From a virus, in the IMG/VR virus record IMGVR_UViG_3300035659_000003, positions 1 through 64,000 of that record: a DNA stretch of 64,000 bases; one strand, given 5' to 3'. Position numbers and translations under genes: made by a program. This document shows, piece after piece, positions 18,292 to 27,908 of the stretch. The notes under the pieces were generated by a model, which was given only the letters and a program-made list of their open reading frames with translations, searched no databases and was not told the origin of the DNA. How positions within the stretch are numbered: the first letter of the stretch is position 1; each line of letters starts with the position of its first letter.

Positions 18292-19576
18292 GTGCCATCT
18301 CCTCGCGCAGCTCGTCCGCCGTGACTTGCCGTATGTCGCCCACATCAACATCAAATGCAAGATGCACTCGAATCGTAACGGGCTCGCCGTCTCGGGTCTT
18401 CGGGACTTTCAGGTAGCGCAGCTTGGGCTGGCCCTTGGGCATCGCGAGGCTGAACACGCGGTCGCTATCCTCAATGAGGGCCTTGCCGTAGGCCCCGTGC
18501 TGCAGGTCAGGAGCCTCGCCCGTTGTCTTCATCGCCTCACGCACGACCTGCATCGCCACGATAACCACCATCCCGTTCCGCTGAGCCAGCGCCTTCAGCG
18601 TCTGACCCGCCTCGGCGATGACTTTCCACTGCTCATCCTTGCTGCCACCGATGAGGTGGAAGCCGTCGATCAGTAGCATATCCGGACGGTGCGCGGCAAC
18701 CAGGGCGGCGATATCCTTGAGGGCGAACTTGCCCGTCGGGGTCTCGGTGCTGTCGGCTGTAACCCAGCGGCGCTCGCTGCTCAGTTCCCCCAGCCACTTC
18801 TCGTAGAGCTGGAGGTCAACCGACCCGTTTATCAGTGAGCTGTTGCTAATTACCATATCGTAGAGACGGGACAGAACAGTGTCAAAGCGGAACTCAGTAT
18901 GGAGCTTGCTCATCTCCGGCGAGATGTAGAGGACGCGCTTGCCACAGTAATAAGCCACGCAGCCGAAGAAGAGCAGCAGCCATGATTTGCCGATGGTGCT
19001 CCGGCCCAGAATCGTGACTAGCTCGGCAGGCTGCCAGCCAACGCCAGTGTCGTCAAACAGGGGAAGGCCCGTAGGAATCCCGATGATCTCTCCCCGCGCA
19101 CGTATCTCACTGCGCTCCTTGACATTCCGGAGACGATCCATCGCGCCTGCGTCACTGAAGCCGAGGTGCTCGGACGTGCCCGCCTGCAGATTGGACAGCC
19201 CCGTGATCACGTTCTGGATGGCCTCTTCTGGCTCGCCATACCATAGCTCGGTCATCTGGGTCTGCATGGCGTCCTGCCCCTTGCGGATCAGCTCCTGCTT
19301 CCGCAACGTTCGTGCTAGCGAGTCGACGTCGGTGGCAGTCTTGTCCGGCGTGAACTGATAGAGCGCCAGCAACTCAGAGTCACTAGGGGGTTGGCCGGTC
19401 TCAATGATACGCCGCTCAATGTAGACAAAGAGATCGCGATAGACCGCCTGGGAAAACGAATCCGGTGTGACGCTCGCGCGCCGAAGCTTTGCCAGATCGC
19501 CCTGCGTTCGCATAGTTGACAGGAGTAGTCTCTCAACCACCTCCGGCGCGCTTTGCGTTGGCGAAAGGGGCTCCAT
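18278..19576 (-). CDS. dnaB: DnaB-like replicative helicase
   Basis: GIPTG, GRSTIGKS, SPEM, LIDG, Q..R, D.D, K.RDG. Confidence 0.9.
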   Translation of the reverse strand: MEPLSPTQSAPEVVERLLLSTMRTQGDLAKLRRASVTPDSFSQAVYRDLFVYIERRIIETGQPPSDSELLALYQFTPDKTATDVDSLARTLRKQELIRKGQDAMQTQMTELWYGEPEEAIQNVITGLSNLQAGTSEHLGFSDAGAMDRLRNVKERSEIRARGEIIGIPTGLPLFDDTGVGWQPAELVTILGRSTIGKSWLLLFFGCVAYYCGKRVLYISPEMSKLHTEFRFDTVLSRLYDMVISNSSLINGSVDLQLYEKWLGELSSERRWVTADSTETPTGKFALKDIAALVAAHRPDMLLIDGFHLIGGSKDEQWKVIAEAGQTLKALAQRNGMVVIVAMQVVREAMKTTGEAPDLQHGAYGKALIEDSDRVFSLAMPKGQPKLRYLKVPKTRDGEPVTIRVHLAFDVDVGDIRQVTADELREEMARAAD

Positions 19577-20034
19577 CAGACTTTCCCTCTCTGATTCAAG
19601 TAGCGCATTGCAAAGTAAAAACCAGCAGATAGTGCCTCTTGCTCTTCAGTCATCGGAGCCTGTGGCTTTCCATCAATAGCCCCGCGCGGCCCAATACATT
19701 GTGCGCGGTACTCTAAGGCCAACCACGCCCGTTCGCGCTTTACCCACAGGAGCGGGTATAACTCCTGCAATACCGACTCTGCCTTCGGGCCATCGATATA
19801 CCAATAGAGCTGCGGCTTTCTGCTCCCACGCCCAGCATGCGCATACAGCCGTCCCCCGAAGCGCCGCCGGAGAGCCTCTACGGGAGGCGCGAACGTATTA
19901 GCAACGCACAGGTTCAGCCCAAACCGTCCATACATACCCCGCCGTGACTTTCGACATATACTGATGCTACCCTCGCCGTCGAAGAAGCCCGCAAGATACG
20001 CGTCTGACACGTTAGTTGGCGGCAGGTCGTCCAA
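19576..20034 (-). mobile_element. free-standing LAGLIDADG homing endonuclease
   Basis: AYLAGFFDGEGSI, FGG, LYPLL.VK. Confidence 0.88.
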
Positions 20035-20572
20035 GGAAGGCCTCCAACAGCTTGTCTAGCTCCACCCGCGCCTCGGCGATCACCCGAGTGTCGTCCGCTG
20101 CGTCTTCCCATGCCGCGAACCACGGATAGCATTGCGCCCGCAGGGATGCCCCCGCGACGAAGTCCATGAGATAGGCATACCGCCCCATCCCCTCTGGCAT
20201 CCAGTACCAGGCGCGCAGCCGCGCATAGGCCCGCACGTCCAAGGTGTTCCACACCTCGCCGACGAGGTCTAGCTCGTGCCGTTTTGCCGCCGTCAGCAGG
20301 ACACAAGCGACCTCATAAGGATCGGGGTAGTCGATCATGATCTCACGGATCAGCCGCTCTACGGTAGCAAACGGGAACGCCATCTCGCCAGTCATTGTAT
20401 CGGCTAGTTGCCGAAGTGCCCCCGCCACATCAGCGGCGGATTCTAGTCGGATAGGAAACTCGGGCGCTCCAGGCTGGCGGCGGGCACGGGGCTGATAGAA
20501 CCCAGCGATCCTCGCAAGCCACTTCGCCCACTCGCGCAGCTCCTTCTCCTCTGGCGAAAGACGCAGCGGCAT
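20012..20572 (-). CDS. hypothetical protein
   Basis: ORF track; operon packing. Confidence 0.6.
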   Translation of the reverse strand: MPLRLSPEEKELREWAKWLARIAGFYQPRARRQPGAPEFPIRLESAADVAGALRQLADTMTGEMAFPFATVERLIREIMIDYPDPYEVACVLLTAAKRHELDLVGEVWNTLDVRAYARLRAWYWMPEGMGRYAYLMDFVAGASLRAQCYPWFAAWEDAADDTRVIAEARVELDKLLEAFLGRPAAN

Positions 20573-20573
20573 A

Positions 20574-21128
20574 CTACCAGCTTATGATATCCGTCAGCGG
20601 ATCGCGTTTCGTTTCTGGTTCCGGCGCGAGAGGCTCGCCCTTCTTGATCCGAGTATGCATCAGGCGGCAGCTCACCCTGCCCGCGTCAACGCAGGCCTCA
20701 AGCTGCGCCCGCGTGATCTCCTCCTTGTTGATGGCATCCCGCAAGGCCTCATAGTCCAGCTCGTAGGTCACGGTGGTCGTTGTGATCTCTTGCTTCTTGA
20801 CTACACGTGTGAACACCTCGGGGGCCAGGATGGTCTCGAGGCGGTCGTAGTGCACGATTGGCGAGCCGAACACGACGACGCGCTGCAGGCGTCGGCCTGT
20901 GGCCTTCACGTCGTAACTGTAGCGAGTGTCCGCGCCAACCAGCTCGGTCGCCAGCGCGAAGAATGCCTTGCGTAGGTCTTCGCGCTCCGTCTCCGCGCTC
21001 TCCCGCGCCTTCTCTGCCGCGACCAGCTTCTGGGACAGCTCCTCAAAGGCGACAATCACATCCGGTGCGATCTCGCCGCCCAAGACGCGGCCCGTGAGCA
21101 GGGTCATTTCGTCCTTGCTCTTTGTCAT
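20574..21128 (-). CDS. hypothetical protein
   Basis: GAAAGG RBS; coiled coil followed by an alpha/beta region. Confidence 0.6.
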   Translation of the reverse strand: MTKSKDEMTLLTGRVLGGEIAPDVIVAFEELSQKLVAAEKARESAETEREDLRKAFFALATELVGADTRYSYDVKATGRRLQRVVVFGSPIVHYDRLETILAPEVFTRVVKKQEITTTTVTYELDYEALRDAINKEEITRAQLEACVDAGRVSCRLMHTRIKKGEPLAPEPETKRDPLTDIISW

Positions 21129-21328
21129 ATTGGATACCTTTCTGCATTCCACCCCGCCGTCAGAGTCAGGAATACCAGCTCCAGGGTCACCACACCGTAG
21201 CGCAGCCCGATCTCGAAGACTGGCCCGCCGATACGCACCGTGGAGAAGCCCTCGCCGGACACGAACAGCCTGACCGGAGTGAGGGGAATCCGCACAGAGC
21301 CCTCCTTATAGAAGTAGAGGCTCTTCAC
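21125..21328 (-). CDS. small beta-rich protein
   Basis: GTGA/ATGA coupling; loosely similar to the 3.1-4.3 kb family. Confidence 0.45.
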   Translation of the reverse strand: MKSLYFYKEGSVRIPLTPVRLFVSGEGFSTVRIGGPVFEIGLRYGVVTLELVFLTLTAGWNAERYPI

Positions 21329-21606
21329 TCGCCAGGCCCTCCCGCTTGCCCCATCAACTGGTCATAGAGTTCCTTCGGAATCTCAAGGGGCTTGCTGATC
21401 AGCTCCATCGGTCGCAGACCGAGTTCCTTAATCACCCATGAGAACACGCAGACAGGGCAGTAGCGGTTGTCGGGGCCGGTAGGAAAGTCTGCGTTCGTGT
21501 TCTCGCCGAAGGTGATCGCGCCTTGGGGCAGCAACTCGTGCCCGAACGCGCACCGGCACACCTGCACGCTGTAAGTAGCGGTCTCAGCCTCTTCGCTCAA
21601 ACTCAC
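21325..21606 (-). CDS. Zn-binding protein (CxxGH...CxxC), tandem paralogue
   Basis: RCAFGH...YCPVC..WVIK..GLRPM. Confidence 0.6.
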   Translation of the reverse strand: MSLSEEAETATYSVQVCRCAFGHELLPQGAITFGENTNADFPTGPDNRYCPVCVFSWVIKELGLRPMELISKPLEIPKELYDQLMGQAGGPGE

Positions 21607-21919
21607 TTGGCAACTCCCTTCCTGGCACGATCAGCTTCGGCGGGACGGCCTGGTAGGAGCGCTTCCTGATGAAGAAGCGCATCGGCTTCAGGCCCGCCAC
21701 CTTAATGACATACAGGTTGATGCAGGATACGCAGTAAGGACTAAACTGCCCCTTCGGGCCATCGAAGGGAACGCCCTCGTCGATGGTCATTATCGGCCCA
21801 AGGTGCCCGTCCTCGCAGCGCACGTAGCCCTCCTCGCCAGGGCCAGGGTGATCCCCGCCCTGGGGGAAGGCCTCGCGCTCCGTCGCCGTCTCCTCTACGA
21901 TATTGTCTGCGTCTGTCAT
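21584..21919 (-). CDS. Zn-binding protein (CxxGH...CxxC), tandem paralogue
   Basis: RCEDGH...YCVSC..YVIK..GLKPM. Confidence 0.6.
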   Translation of the reverse strand: MTDADNIVEETATEREAFPQGGDHPGPGEEGYVRCEDGHLGPIMTIDEGVPFDGPKGQFSPYCVSCINLYVIKVAGLKPMRFFIRKRSYQAVPPKLIVPGRELPSEFERRG

Positions 21920-24564
21920 GTGGCTTTGTCTCCCCAACATTGAGTAGTCTCCACGTCCACCACCAAGGGAACAGGGAACCACACATCGGGGTCTAGCTCT
22001 AGCAGCGGCAAGGTCTCCATGATCTCCTTGAGCTTCGGAACGTAGTAATCGACCTTATCCTCGCGCACCTCGAACAGCAACGCGTCGTGAATCCAGGCCA
22101 CCAGTCGAATCTCGTCACGAGGTAGTATACCAGACAAGCCGAGCGCGATCATCACTTCTGGCGTGTAGATTCGGCCCATACTCCAGTAGGTGAAGTCGCT
22201 CGCGGTCGATTGGATCGGCGAGTTGACTGCCTGCCGCTCCGTATAGCTCTGCAGCCCCCTATCTGTCGAATCGATGTCTGGCAAGTGCCGCATACGCCCG
22301 AGCAGGGACTCCACTTGCTTATCGCTGTGCGCCAGCCCGCGATACAGCTCATGCCCTGCGACGACGCCTGGGTGCTGCTCGAAGAACACCCTCCGGTCTT
22401 CCTCGGCCTCCGACAGGGTCAGCCTCAAGCCATAGTTTCGGAACGCGTACCCTTGGTACTTAGGCGCGCCCATGCCGTAGAGGTAGCCAAAGTGCCGCCC
22501 CTTGGCGCGGGAGCGCTCCTCGTAGGTGACCGCGTCTAGGGCCTTGCCCGTCACCCATGCCGCGCCCTCGCGGTGAGGGTCGCGCCCCGCCGCAAAGGTC
22601 TTCAAGAACGGCCCGTCGTCCCACATCGCCGCTGCAACGCGAAGCTCGATCTGAGCGTAGTCAAGCGACACCAGCTTATAGCCAGGAGGCGCGCAGATCA
22701 CTGATCGGACGCGGGGATCGCGTGCCGTCTGCTGGACGTTCGGCTTCTCTGCCGACGCACGGCCCGTCACCGTGCCCCACGGATTGTAGTAGGGGTAGAG
22801 GCGGTGCGTCTCGGGGGAGATCAGCTTAGGCCAGCCCGTCACCTTCTTGGTCTTCGTGCCCTCCGTCTCCGTCCCCAAGTACGTATCCAGCAGCTTCTGG
22901 ACTTCCTTGATATCCAGGTACAGGTCGATGGCCGGACAATCGTCGCGGTGATAGGCTAGTTTCTTCTCCGATACGACAGGCCGCCCCGTCTTCTCCGTCC
23001 GATCCGTGATGGGAATGCCCAGCCCCCCAGGTGGCGGGCCGTAAATCCAGTTGATAAGGAAGGCCTGCTTGCGGAAGCTCTCGGGCTTGACACCGAACTC
23101 CTCGAACATCCGCTGATGCAACGTGCCCAGCAGCTTGCGAAGGTCGTTTGCGTGTTCCGGCAGTCGCTCAGGGTCGACGTAGACTCCGTTCAGCTCCATC
23201 TCGATGAGCGCACGATAGGCAGGCAGCAACACCATGCGGTGCAACCGCGCGAGCTTAGGCTGCTGGAGTACGCGCCCATACTGCAACGCGTCCAGCCGAT
23301 GCGTCCATACTGCGTCCTGTGCGTTGTAGTCTAGGAGATCGCCAAGGGAAAGAGGCTCGCCTCGTAACGCACAGGGGCCGATCCCCTCCTTGAAGTCCAC
23401 ACCCGCCGCGTAGTTGGGTGCTCCCAGCTCATCGCGGACGATCGGCTTTAGGTGATGCCCCTTCGGTTCATTCTCGTCTAGCAGGTGAGACATCACCTTG
23501 GTGTCGCGGGGAGGCTTGGCCATCTTCCAGATGTCAAACCCTCTGAGCCGCGCCAGCCAGCGAAGGTCGAACTTCGTAGCATGATTGGTGACCTGCTTCT
23601 CGTACAGCAGGCGGAATATCTCCTCGTAAACCGCGTCGAGTGCGTCTCCTCCCCAGGGGGACTGCGGGTGGTCGAGCGGGATCGCCCAGCCGGTCTTGCC
23701 GTCCCCGCACAGGGCGATGCTGAGAACGCGTGCCTCGGGCCGGTAGTCTATCAGGCCCGTCGTCTCGATGTCCGCCGCGATGATGTCGGCCTTCCCCAGC
23801 GCGTCAAAGCACTCTAGCGCTGTGTCAGCATCCAGCACGTGCCGAATGATGACGTCCTGGGCAGGGGCCTCTCCCCTGATCAGTTGAACGAACTTCTCCA
23901 GGTCTGCCCAGAACCGATCCAGCCTGCGCTGATCTCGCATCACGTAGGAAGGGTGGTAGGTCGGTAGGTAGTAGCAATCCTCCGCCGCATCATAGATTTC
24001 GCCGCCGCGCGCCGCCGTGATTTTACCTTTTCTGGTGAAGGCCCGCAGAGCCTCATCGCCTAGCAGGATGATGAAGCGAGGCTTGACATTCCGTAGCTCG
24101 GCCTCTCGATAGGGAGCGCAGGCCTTGGCTTGCTTGGCGGTCGGAGGAATCCGCTTCCCGTCCGCTGCGGTCTTGAGCTTGCACTTGAGGACGTTCGATA
24201 GGTAGACCTGATCTGGAGGTAGCCCCACCTCCTCTAGCGCCTTCCGCAAGAACTTACCGACTGGCCCCATCCAGGAGCGCCTGAGTGCATCCTCTTCCGG
24301 CCCAGGGGACTCGCCGTACACGGCAACGTCACAAGGCACCGGCCCCTCGCCCATGATGCAAGCGCTCTTGCAGCCTTCCCATAGCGAGCACCGGCGGCAG
24401 TTAGGATTACCATCCATCGTTACCGCCAGCGCAGACAGGTCTACCGGCGCACGCGGGCGCAGCGTGCGTGGCTGCTTAACCCGAAATGCGTCGGTATCGA
24501 ACAGGGCAGGGGCTGCGAATTCATCTTTTCTCATGAGACGGCACTGGGCGGCGAAGCTGTCCAC
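21916..24564 (-). CDS. polA: family A DNA polymerase with an N-terminal family-4 UDG-like domain and 3'-5' exonuclease (SPO1-type layout)
   Basis: GESPG and YHPS (UDG); DIETTG, FDL, YNAQD (exo); TGR, DYAQIELR, RAK..HFG.LYG, HDA (pol). Start may be 24534. Confidence 0.93.
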   Translation of the reverse strand: MDSFAAQCRLMRKDEFAAPALFDTDAFRVKQPRTLRPRAPVDLSALAVTMDGNPNCRRCSLWEGCKSACIMGEGPVPCDVAVYGESPGPEEDALRRSWMGPVGKFLRKALEEVGLPPDQVYLSNVLKCKLKTAADGKRIPPTAKQAKACAPYREAELRNVKPRFIILLGDEALRAFTRKGKITAARGGEIYDAAEDCYYLPTYHPSYVMRDQRRLDRFWADLEKFVQLIRGEAPAQDVIIRHVLDADTALECFDALGKADIIAADIETTGLIDYRPEARVLSIALCGDGKTGWAIPLDHPQSPWGGDALDAVYEEIFRLLYEKQVTNHATKFDLRWLARLRGFDIWKMAKPPRDTKVMSHLLDENEPKGHHLKPIVRDELGAPNYAAGVDFKEGIGPCALRGEPLSLGDLLDYNAQDAVWTHRLDALQYGRVLQQPKLARLHRMVLLPAYRALIEMELNGVYVDPERLPEHANDLRKLLGTLHQRMFEEFGVKPESFRKQAFLINWIYGPPPGGLGIPITDRTEKTGRPVVSEKKLAYHRDDCPAIDLYLDIKEVQKLLDTYLGTETEGTKTKKVTGWPKLISPETHRLYPYYNPWGTVTGRASAEKPNVQQTARDPRVRSVICAPPGYKLVSLDYAQIELRVAAAMWDDGPFLKTFAAGRDPHREGAAWVTGKALDAVTYEERSRAKGRHFGYLYGMGAPKYQGYAFRNYGLRLTLSEAEEDRRVFFEQHPGVVAGHELYRGLAHSDKQVESLLGRMRHLPDIDSTDRGLQSYTERQAVNSPIQSTASDFTYWSMGRIYTPEVMIALGLSGILPRDEIRLVAWIHDALLFEVREDKVDYYVPKLKEIMETLPLLELDPDVWFPVPLVVDVETTQCWGDKAT

Positions 24565-24622
24565 CAGGTATGGTCAGCAAACCGGCTTCGCTCTTATCTA
24601 CCTGGCAAGGCCCCCTTGCTCG

Positions 24623-25660
24623 CTAGTTGCTGGTGGCAGCGAACCGCGCTGCCGTGACTGGGGACAAGAGAGCCCCCGCTGCGACTTCCCATCGCAGCCG
24701 CAGGGCGGGGTTGGCGGAATCCCGCCCCAAGCGGGATAGCCCATTGTAGAGTCCGTAGACCGTGGCGTCTTCGCTGTGCAGGGCCTCGACCAGGTCGCTG
24801 CCCATCTTCCTCGGAACGCGCCCCAGCCGGAGCACATCGCGAAGCCAGGGCTTGCGGCTGTCGTCGGCGTCTTCGCCCTCAGCCAGCACGAAGTCCGGCA
24901 GTGGCATGTCCACTAGCTCAGGCAGCACTGCCGCCTTCGCTGCCACGATACCGTAGGCCTCCTCAACGTACTCGAAGGCCCGATCCAGGATGGCGTCGTG
25001 ATCCTGCCATCCGATCTGCCGCGCCCGCTTCGAGAACCCGACGTCGTGGGTGACAGCGCCGTTGGCGCAGACCAGTCGGTAGAACAGGGCCTGAACGTCC
25101 AGGTAGCCCTTGATAGACTCGTGGTTGATCAGATCAACGCCACACTCGACGATGTCTCCGACCTTCGGTGCCACGCGCGCCGTCGCGGTCGGGGAGGTGA
25201 TCCGCAGGCGCAGGTCTTCGTTGCGAAGGATGAACTCCTTGAGAACCGGCTCCTCGCGCACGGGGTAGCGCCCGATGTACTCCTCGGCGCGCTCGACGAT
25301 CCGCAGGTGCGGGATCGGGGTGTAGCTGTCCTTCATCGCACCGATGATCATGCCGTTCGCGACGGCCAGCTTCACACTCCCTCGCTGGCGCGGAAACCAG
25401 AAGTTGAAGTTGTGCGCGGCCAGGTCGTTCGGGGCCTGTGCCATGTAGCGAATGGGCAGGCCGGTGGGCCGGAGTAGCTTGGACAGGGCCAACTCAGTGG
25501 CGGGGCCGTCGAAACCGCCCGCACGGATATGGCCACTAGACGCGTCCATGCGCAGCTCGCTGCGCGGGATGGTGATGTAGTCGGGCTGGTTATGAAGCGC
25601 GGCGCTCCGCGCCTCCTCCAAGGTCGTGCCCTTCACGGGCTCAACGATAGCCAACCTCAC
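24623..25660 (-). CDS. DUF932-like protein
   Basis: YRLVCANG and TVYGLYNGLS motifs; AAGGAGG RBS. Confidence 0.7.
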   Translation of the reverse strand: MRLAIVEPVKGTTLEEARSAALHNQPDYITIPRSELRMDASSGHIRAGGFDGPATELALSKLLRPTGLPIRYMAQAPNDLAAHNFNFWFPRQRGSVKLAVANGMIIGAMKDSYTPIPHLRIVERAEEYIGRYPVREEPVLKEFILRNEDLRLRITSPTATARVAPKVGDIVECGVDLINHESIKGYLDVQALFYRLVCANGAVTHDVGFSKRARQIGWQDHDAILDRAFEYVEEAYGIVAAKAAVLPELVDMPLPDFVLAEGEDADDSRKPWLRDVLRLGRVPRKMGSDLVEALHSEDATVYGLYNGLSRLGRDSANPALRLRWEVAAGALLSPVTAARFAATSN

Positions 25661-25707
25661 AGAGGGTGCCTCCTTCCAGAAATCTGAAATACGGTTTTTG
25701 CGAGGCT

Positions 25708-25716
25708 AGTATACCA
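25708..25716 (-). promoter_or_regulatory. extended -10 promoter TGGTATACT for the replication operon
   Basis: TG-N-TATACT upstream of a strong RBS. Confidence 0.6.
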
Positions 25717-25719
25717 CGA

Positions 25720-25974
25720 CTACCGTGGCCGTCTGGGGGGTTTGAGCCAGGTCTTTGGGCGAACTTGTGGGGGATCGGCTAGGCCACTAGGATAGTCGCC
25801 GCCGTTGACGGTCGCCACCACGTCAACCATCAGCGCCGGTATCCCGTCGGCCAGCATCCGTGCCTCGCGGTCGCGCACGACACGGTCGTTGAAGCTGCGC
25901 AGCGTAAAAGTCCCGTCTGGGTTGAAGATGAGCAGCCGGAAGGGGAAATAAGCCGGAGCATCTAGTCTAGCCAT
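25720..25974 (-). CDS. hypothetical protein
   Basis: GAGGAG RBS. Confidence 0.55.
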   Translation of the reverse strand: MARLDAPAYFPFRLLIFNPDGTFTLRSFNDRVVRDREARMLADGIPALMVDVVATVNGGDYPSGLADPPQVRPKTWLKPPRRPR

Positions 25975-26061
25975 TCGCGCAGACTCCTCTCACACGCCGA
26001 TCCTGCGGCGCTGTGGCGGGCGACACGGGTACTCTGTTGCCAAAGCCGCAGACGGATACCC

Positions 26062-27372
26062 CTATGCCACACATGGGACGTAGATCGCCGGATTCCGGCG
26101 CTGGTAGCACGGCGCGTCGATGCAGCCACAGGTCAAGTCCGGCAAGGTCGCCTTCCGCACCTCGAAGTGGAGATGGATACCCGACGAGAGTCCAGTTGTG
26201 CCCGTCAACCCGATATTCGTGGCAGACGTGATCCACGTGTTCTGTGTAACGTAAACCGTGCGAAGGTGCGCATAGGCGGTCTCGACGGTCTGGGTGTAGT
26301 GATTATCTGCATGGCGCAAGACGACGTGGTTGCCCCATTGACTATCGTACCCTACCCGTGCAACCCACACCTTATTAGAACCGTCCGCCCAGCCCGCCGC
26401 CGGATAGACGCTGATGTTCGCACCAAAGGTGTCCAGGTCTACCCCCGAGTGACCGCCGGTGCAGCGCCCGCCAGAACAGTCTGGCAGCTCGCCCGTGCAG
26501 TGGTAACCAAGATAAGCCTCCCCGTAGCGCTGACTAACCGCGAAGCTCCCCCTCAGCGGGCACTGCCACACTAGAGACGGTGAGCCGCCGCCGCCGCCCG
26601 CGCAGGGGCTTCCCTGAGTGGGCAGGTTCGGCATAGGCCACGCCGAAGGTGTGTCCGGCGGCAGCGCAGGCATCGGCCTAGCAGACGCCACGCCAAACGG
26701 CAGGTCGGGCATAGGACTCGGCTCGCAGTTAGGGTCAATGGGTGTGGGCGGCGCATTCCCTGCCAGCCAGTCGCAGACCGCCGTGCGCATGTTGTTATAG
26801 GCCTTGATAATGTTCTGGATTCGGTACTCGTCGCAAGGAATACAACCTGGCCAGGAGCAAGGGTGCCCGCTGCCAGTTGCTGCGTTGCAGATGTTCGTCT
26901 CAATCGGCAGACCGTTATCCCAGTAGCGATTGATCGCATCTCTGATGGGCGGCAACGCGATCAAGAAGTGGGTAGCTGGTTGATGGAGTTCGGCAGGATT
27001 GCAAAGGTAGGCACGCGCCTGACCGCCGCAGGTGCTGAGCTGATACGGGCCGTGGGAGGTGTAGGCGTCCCCGTAGTGCTCGCGTGCCTTGTCCCACGGC
27101 GACTTCGTTCCGCCATCACAGATAGGCGAGCACATATTGCACTCGCCGCACTCGCCGCACGAACAACAGCCGCAGGGATACGCCCCGTCCGCATCTACCC
27201 GCCACCCACTCTCCGCCGCGCCGATCGCCAGGTACGTGGTTATCTTCTGGCAGTTGCCGTCGAAGGGGCTGGCTACGTGTCCCGCCGCACGAACGAAGTT
27301 ATAAAGGGCTGCCCACCAGTCCGAGGGGACGGAGTAGCTCCCGAAGATGACTGGAACCTGGGCGTCAGCCAT
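26062..27372 (-). CDS. virion-associated cell-wall hydrolase: Cys-rich lysozyme-like domain, Pro linker and M23 peptidase
   Basis: AIGAAESG and SHGPYQL; HSGVD, YAHL, G.TG.S.G.HLHFEVR. Confidence 0.8.
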   Translation of the reverse strand: MADAQVPVIFGSYSVPSDWWAALYNFVRAAGHVASPFDGNCQKITTYLAIGAAESGWRVDADGAYPCGCCSCGECGECNMCSPICDGGTKSPWDKAREHYGDAYTSHGPYQLSTCGGQARAYLCNPAELHQPATHFLIALPPIRDAINRYWDNGLPIETNICNAATGSGHPCSWPGCIPCDEYRIQNIIKAYNNMRTAVCDWLAGNAPPTPIDPNCEPSPMPDLPFGVASARPMPALPPDTPSAWPMPNLPTQGSPCAGGGGGSPSLVWQCPLRGSFAVSQRYGEAYLGYHCTGELPDCSGGRCTGGHSGVDLDTFGANISVYPAAGWADGSNKVWVARVGYDSQWGNHVVLRHADNHYTQTVETAYAHLRTVYVTQNTWITSATNIGLTGTTGLSSGIHLHFEVRKATLPDLTCGCIDAPCYQRRNPAIYVPCVA

Positions 27373-27375
27373 GCC

Positions 27376-27906
27376 CTAGCGATGCCCCTCCAATGGGGGC
27401 GGAACGGGCCGCTCCGAGCGCCCCTCCTCCCAGGGAGGGCCGTCCGCAATAAGTTGGGCCAAGCGTGCATCCTGCTCGGCGGTGACTAGACCCTGTTCTG
27501 GCAGGACTACGCTGCTCTCATCATTGACCCAGCGGCGCTCTAGCTCCTCGGCGGTGTATCCATAGTCAGACTCAATCGCATCCACGCGCTCGCCGACGGC
27601 GCGAAGCACCTCGGTAATCGCGGTCTTCTCCTGAAAGGACAAGAAGCCGAAGACAGTCAACTCCACGTGCAGGACGCCCTTCTGAAGCATATAGACGAAT
27701 AGACGCCCGCGCCCAGGCAGGTCGCGCAGGCAGGTGTGCTGGGGTGGAAGCCCCTTCTGATGCTTCTTAAGCGCCTTCTCGAACAAGCCGCACACACAAG
27801 CAGCCTCGGAGCCCAGAGTACGAGCAACGTCTCCGCCGATACAACACGGACACGCGTCCTTATGGACGCCCGTAACCGTCAGCTTGATGTAGTTGAGTCC
27901 CGCCAT
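27376..27906 (-). CDS. hypothetical tail-region protein
   Basis: GGAGG RBS; lies between the hub and lysin genes; Cys cluster. Confidence 0.55.
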   Translation of the reverse strand: MAGLNYIKLTVTGVHKDACPCCIGGDVARTLGSEAACVCGLFEKALKKHQKGLPPQHTCLRDLPGRGRLFVYMLQKGVLHVELTVFGFLSFQEKTAITEVLRAVGERVDAIESDYGYTAEELERRWVNDESSVVLPEQGLVTAEQDARLAQLIADGPPWEEGRSERPVPPPLEGHR

Positions 27907-27908
27907 AG

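Noticed and set aside
17004-20034. Group I introns or inteins around the homing endonucleases
   Set aside because: Primase, helicase, PolA, RecA and TerL each appear complete in single ORFs with no intein termini
6912-25690. Possible operator AGATT(T/C)CT(A/G)GAA near 6915, 16475 and 25680
   Set aside because: Too degenerate and inconsistent in orientation and length to support by eye
4360-26060. 13-mer GGTATCCGTCTGC shared in inverted orientation (4360-4372 and 26048-26060)
   Set aside because: Matches of this length are expected by chance in 64 kb of GC-rich DNA
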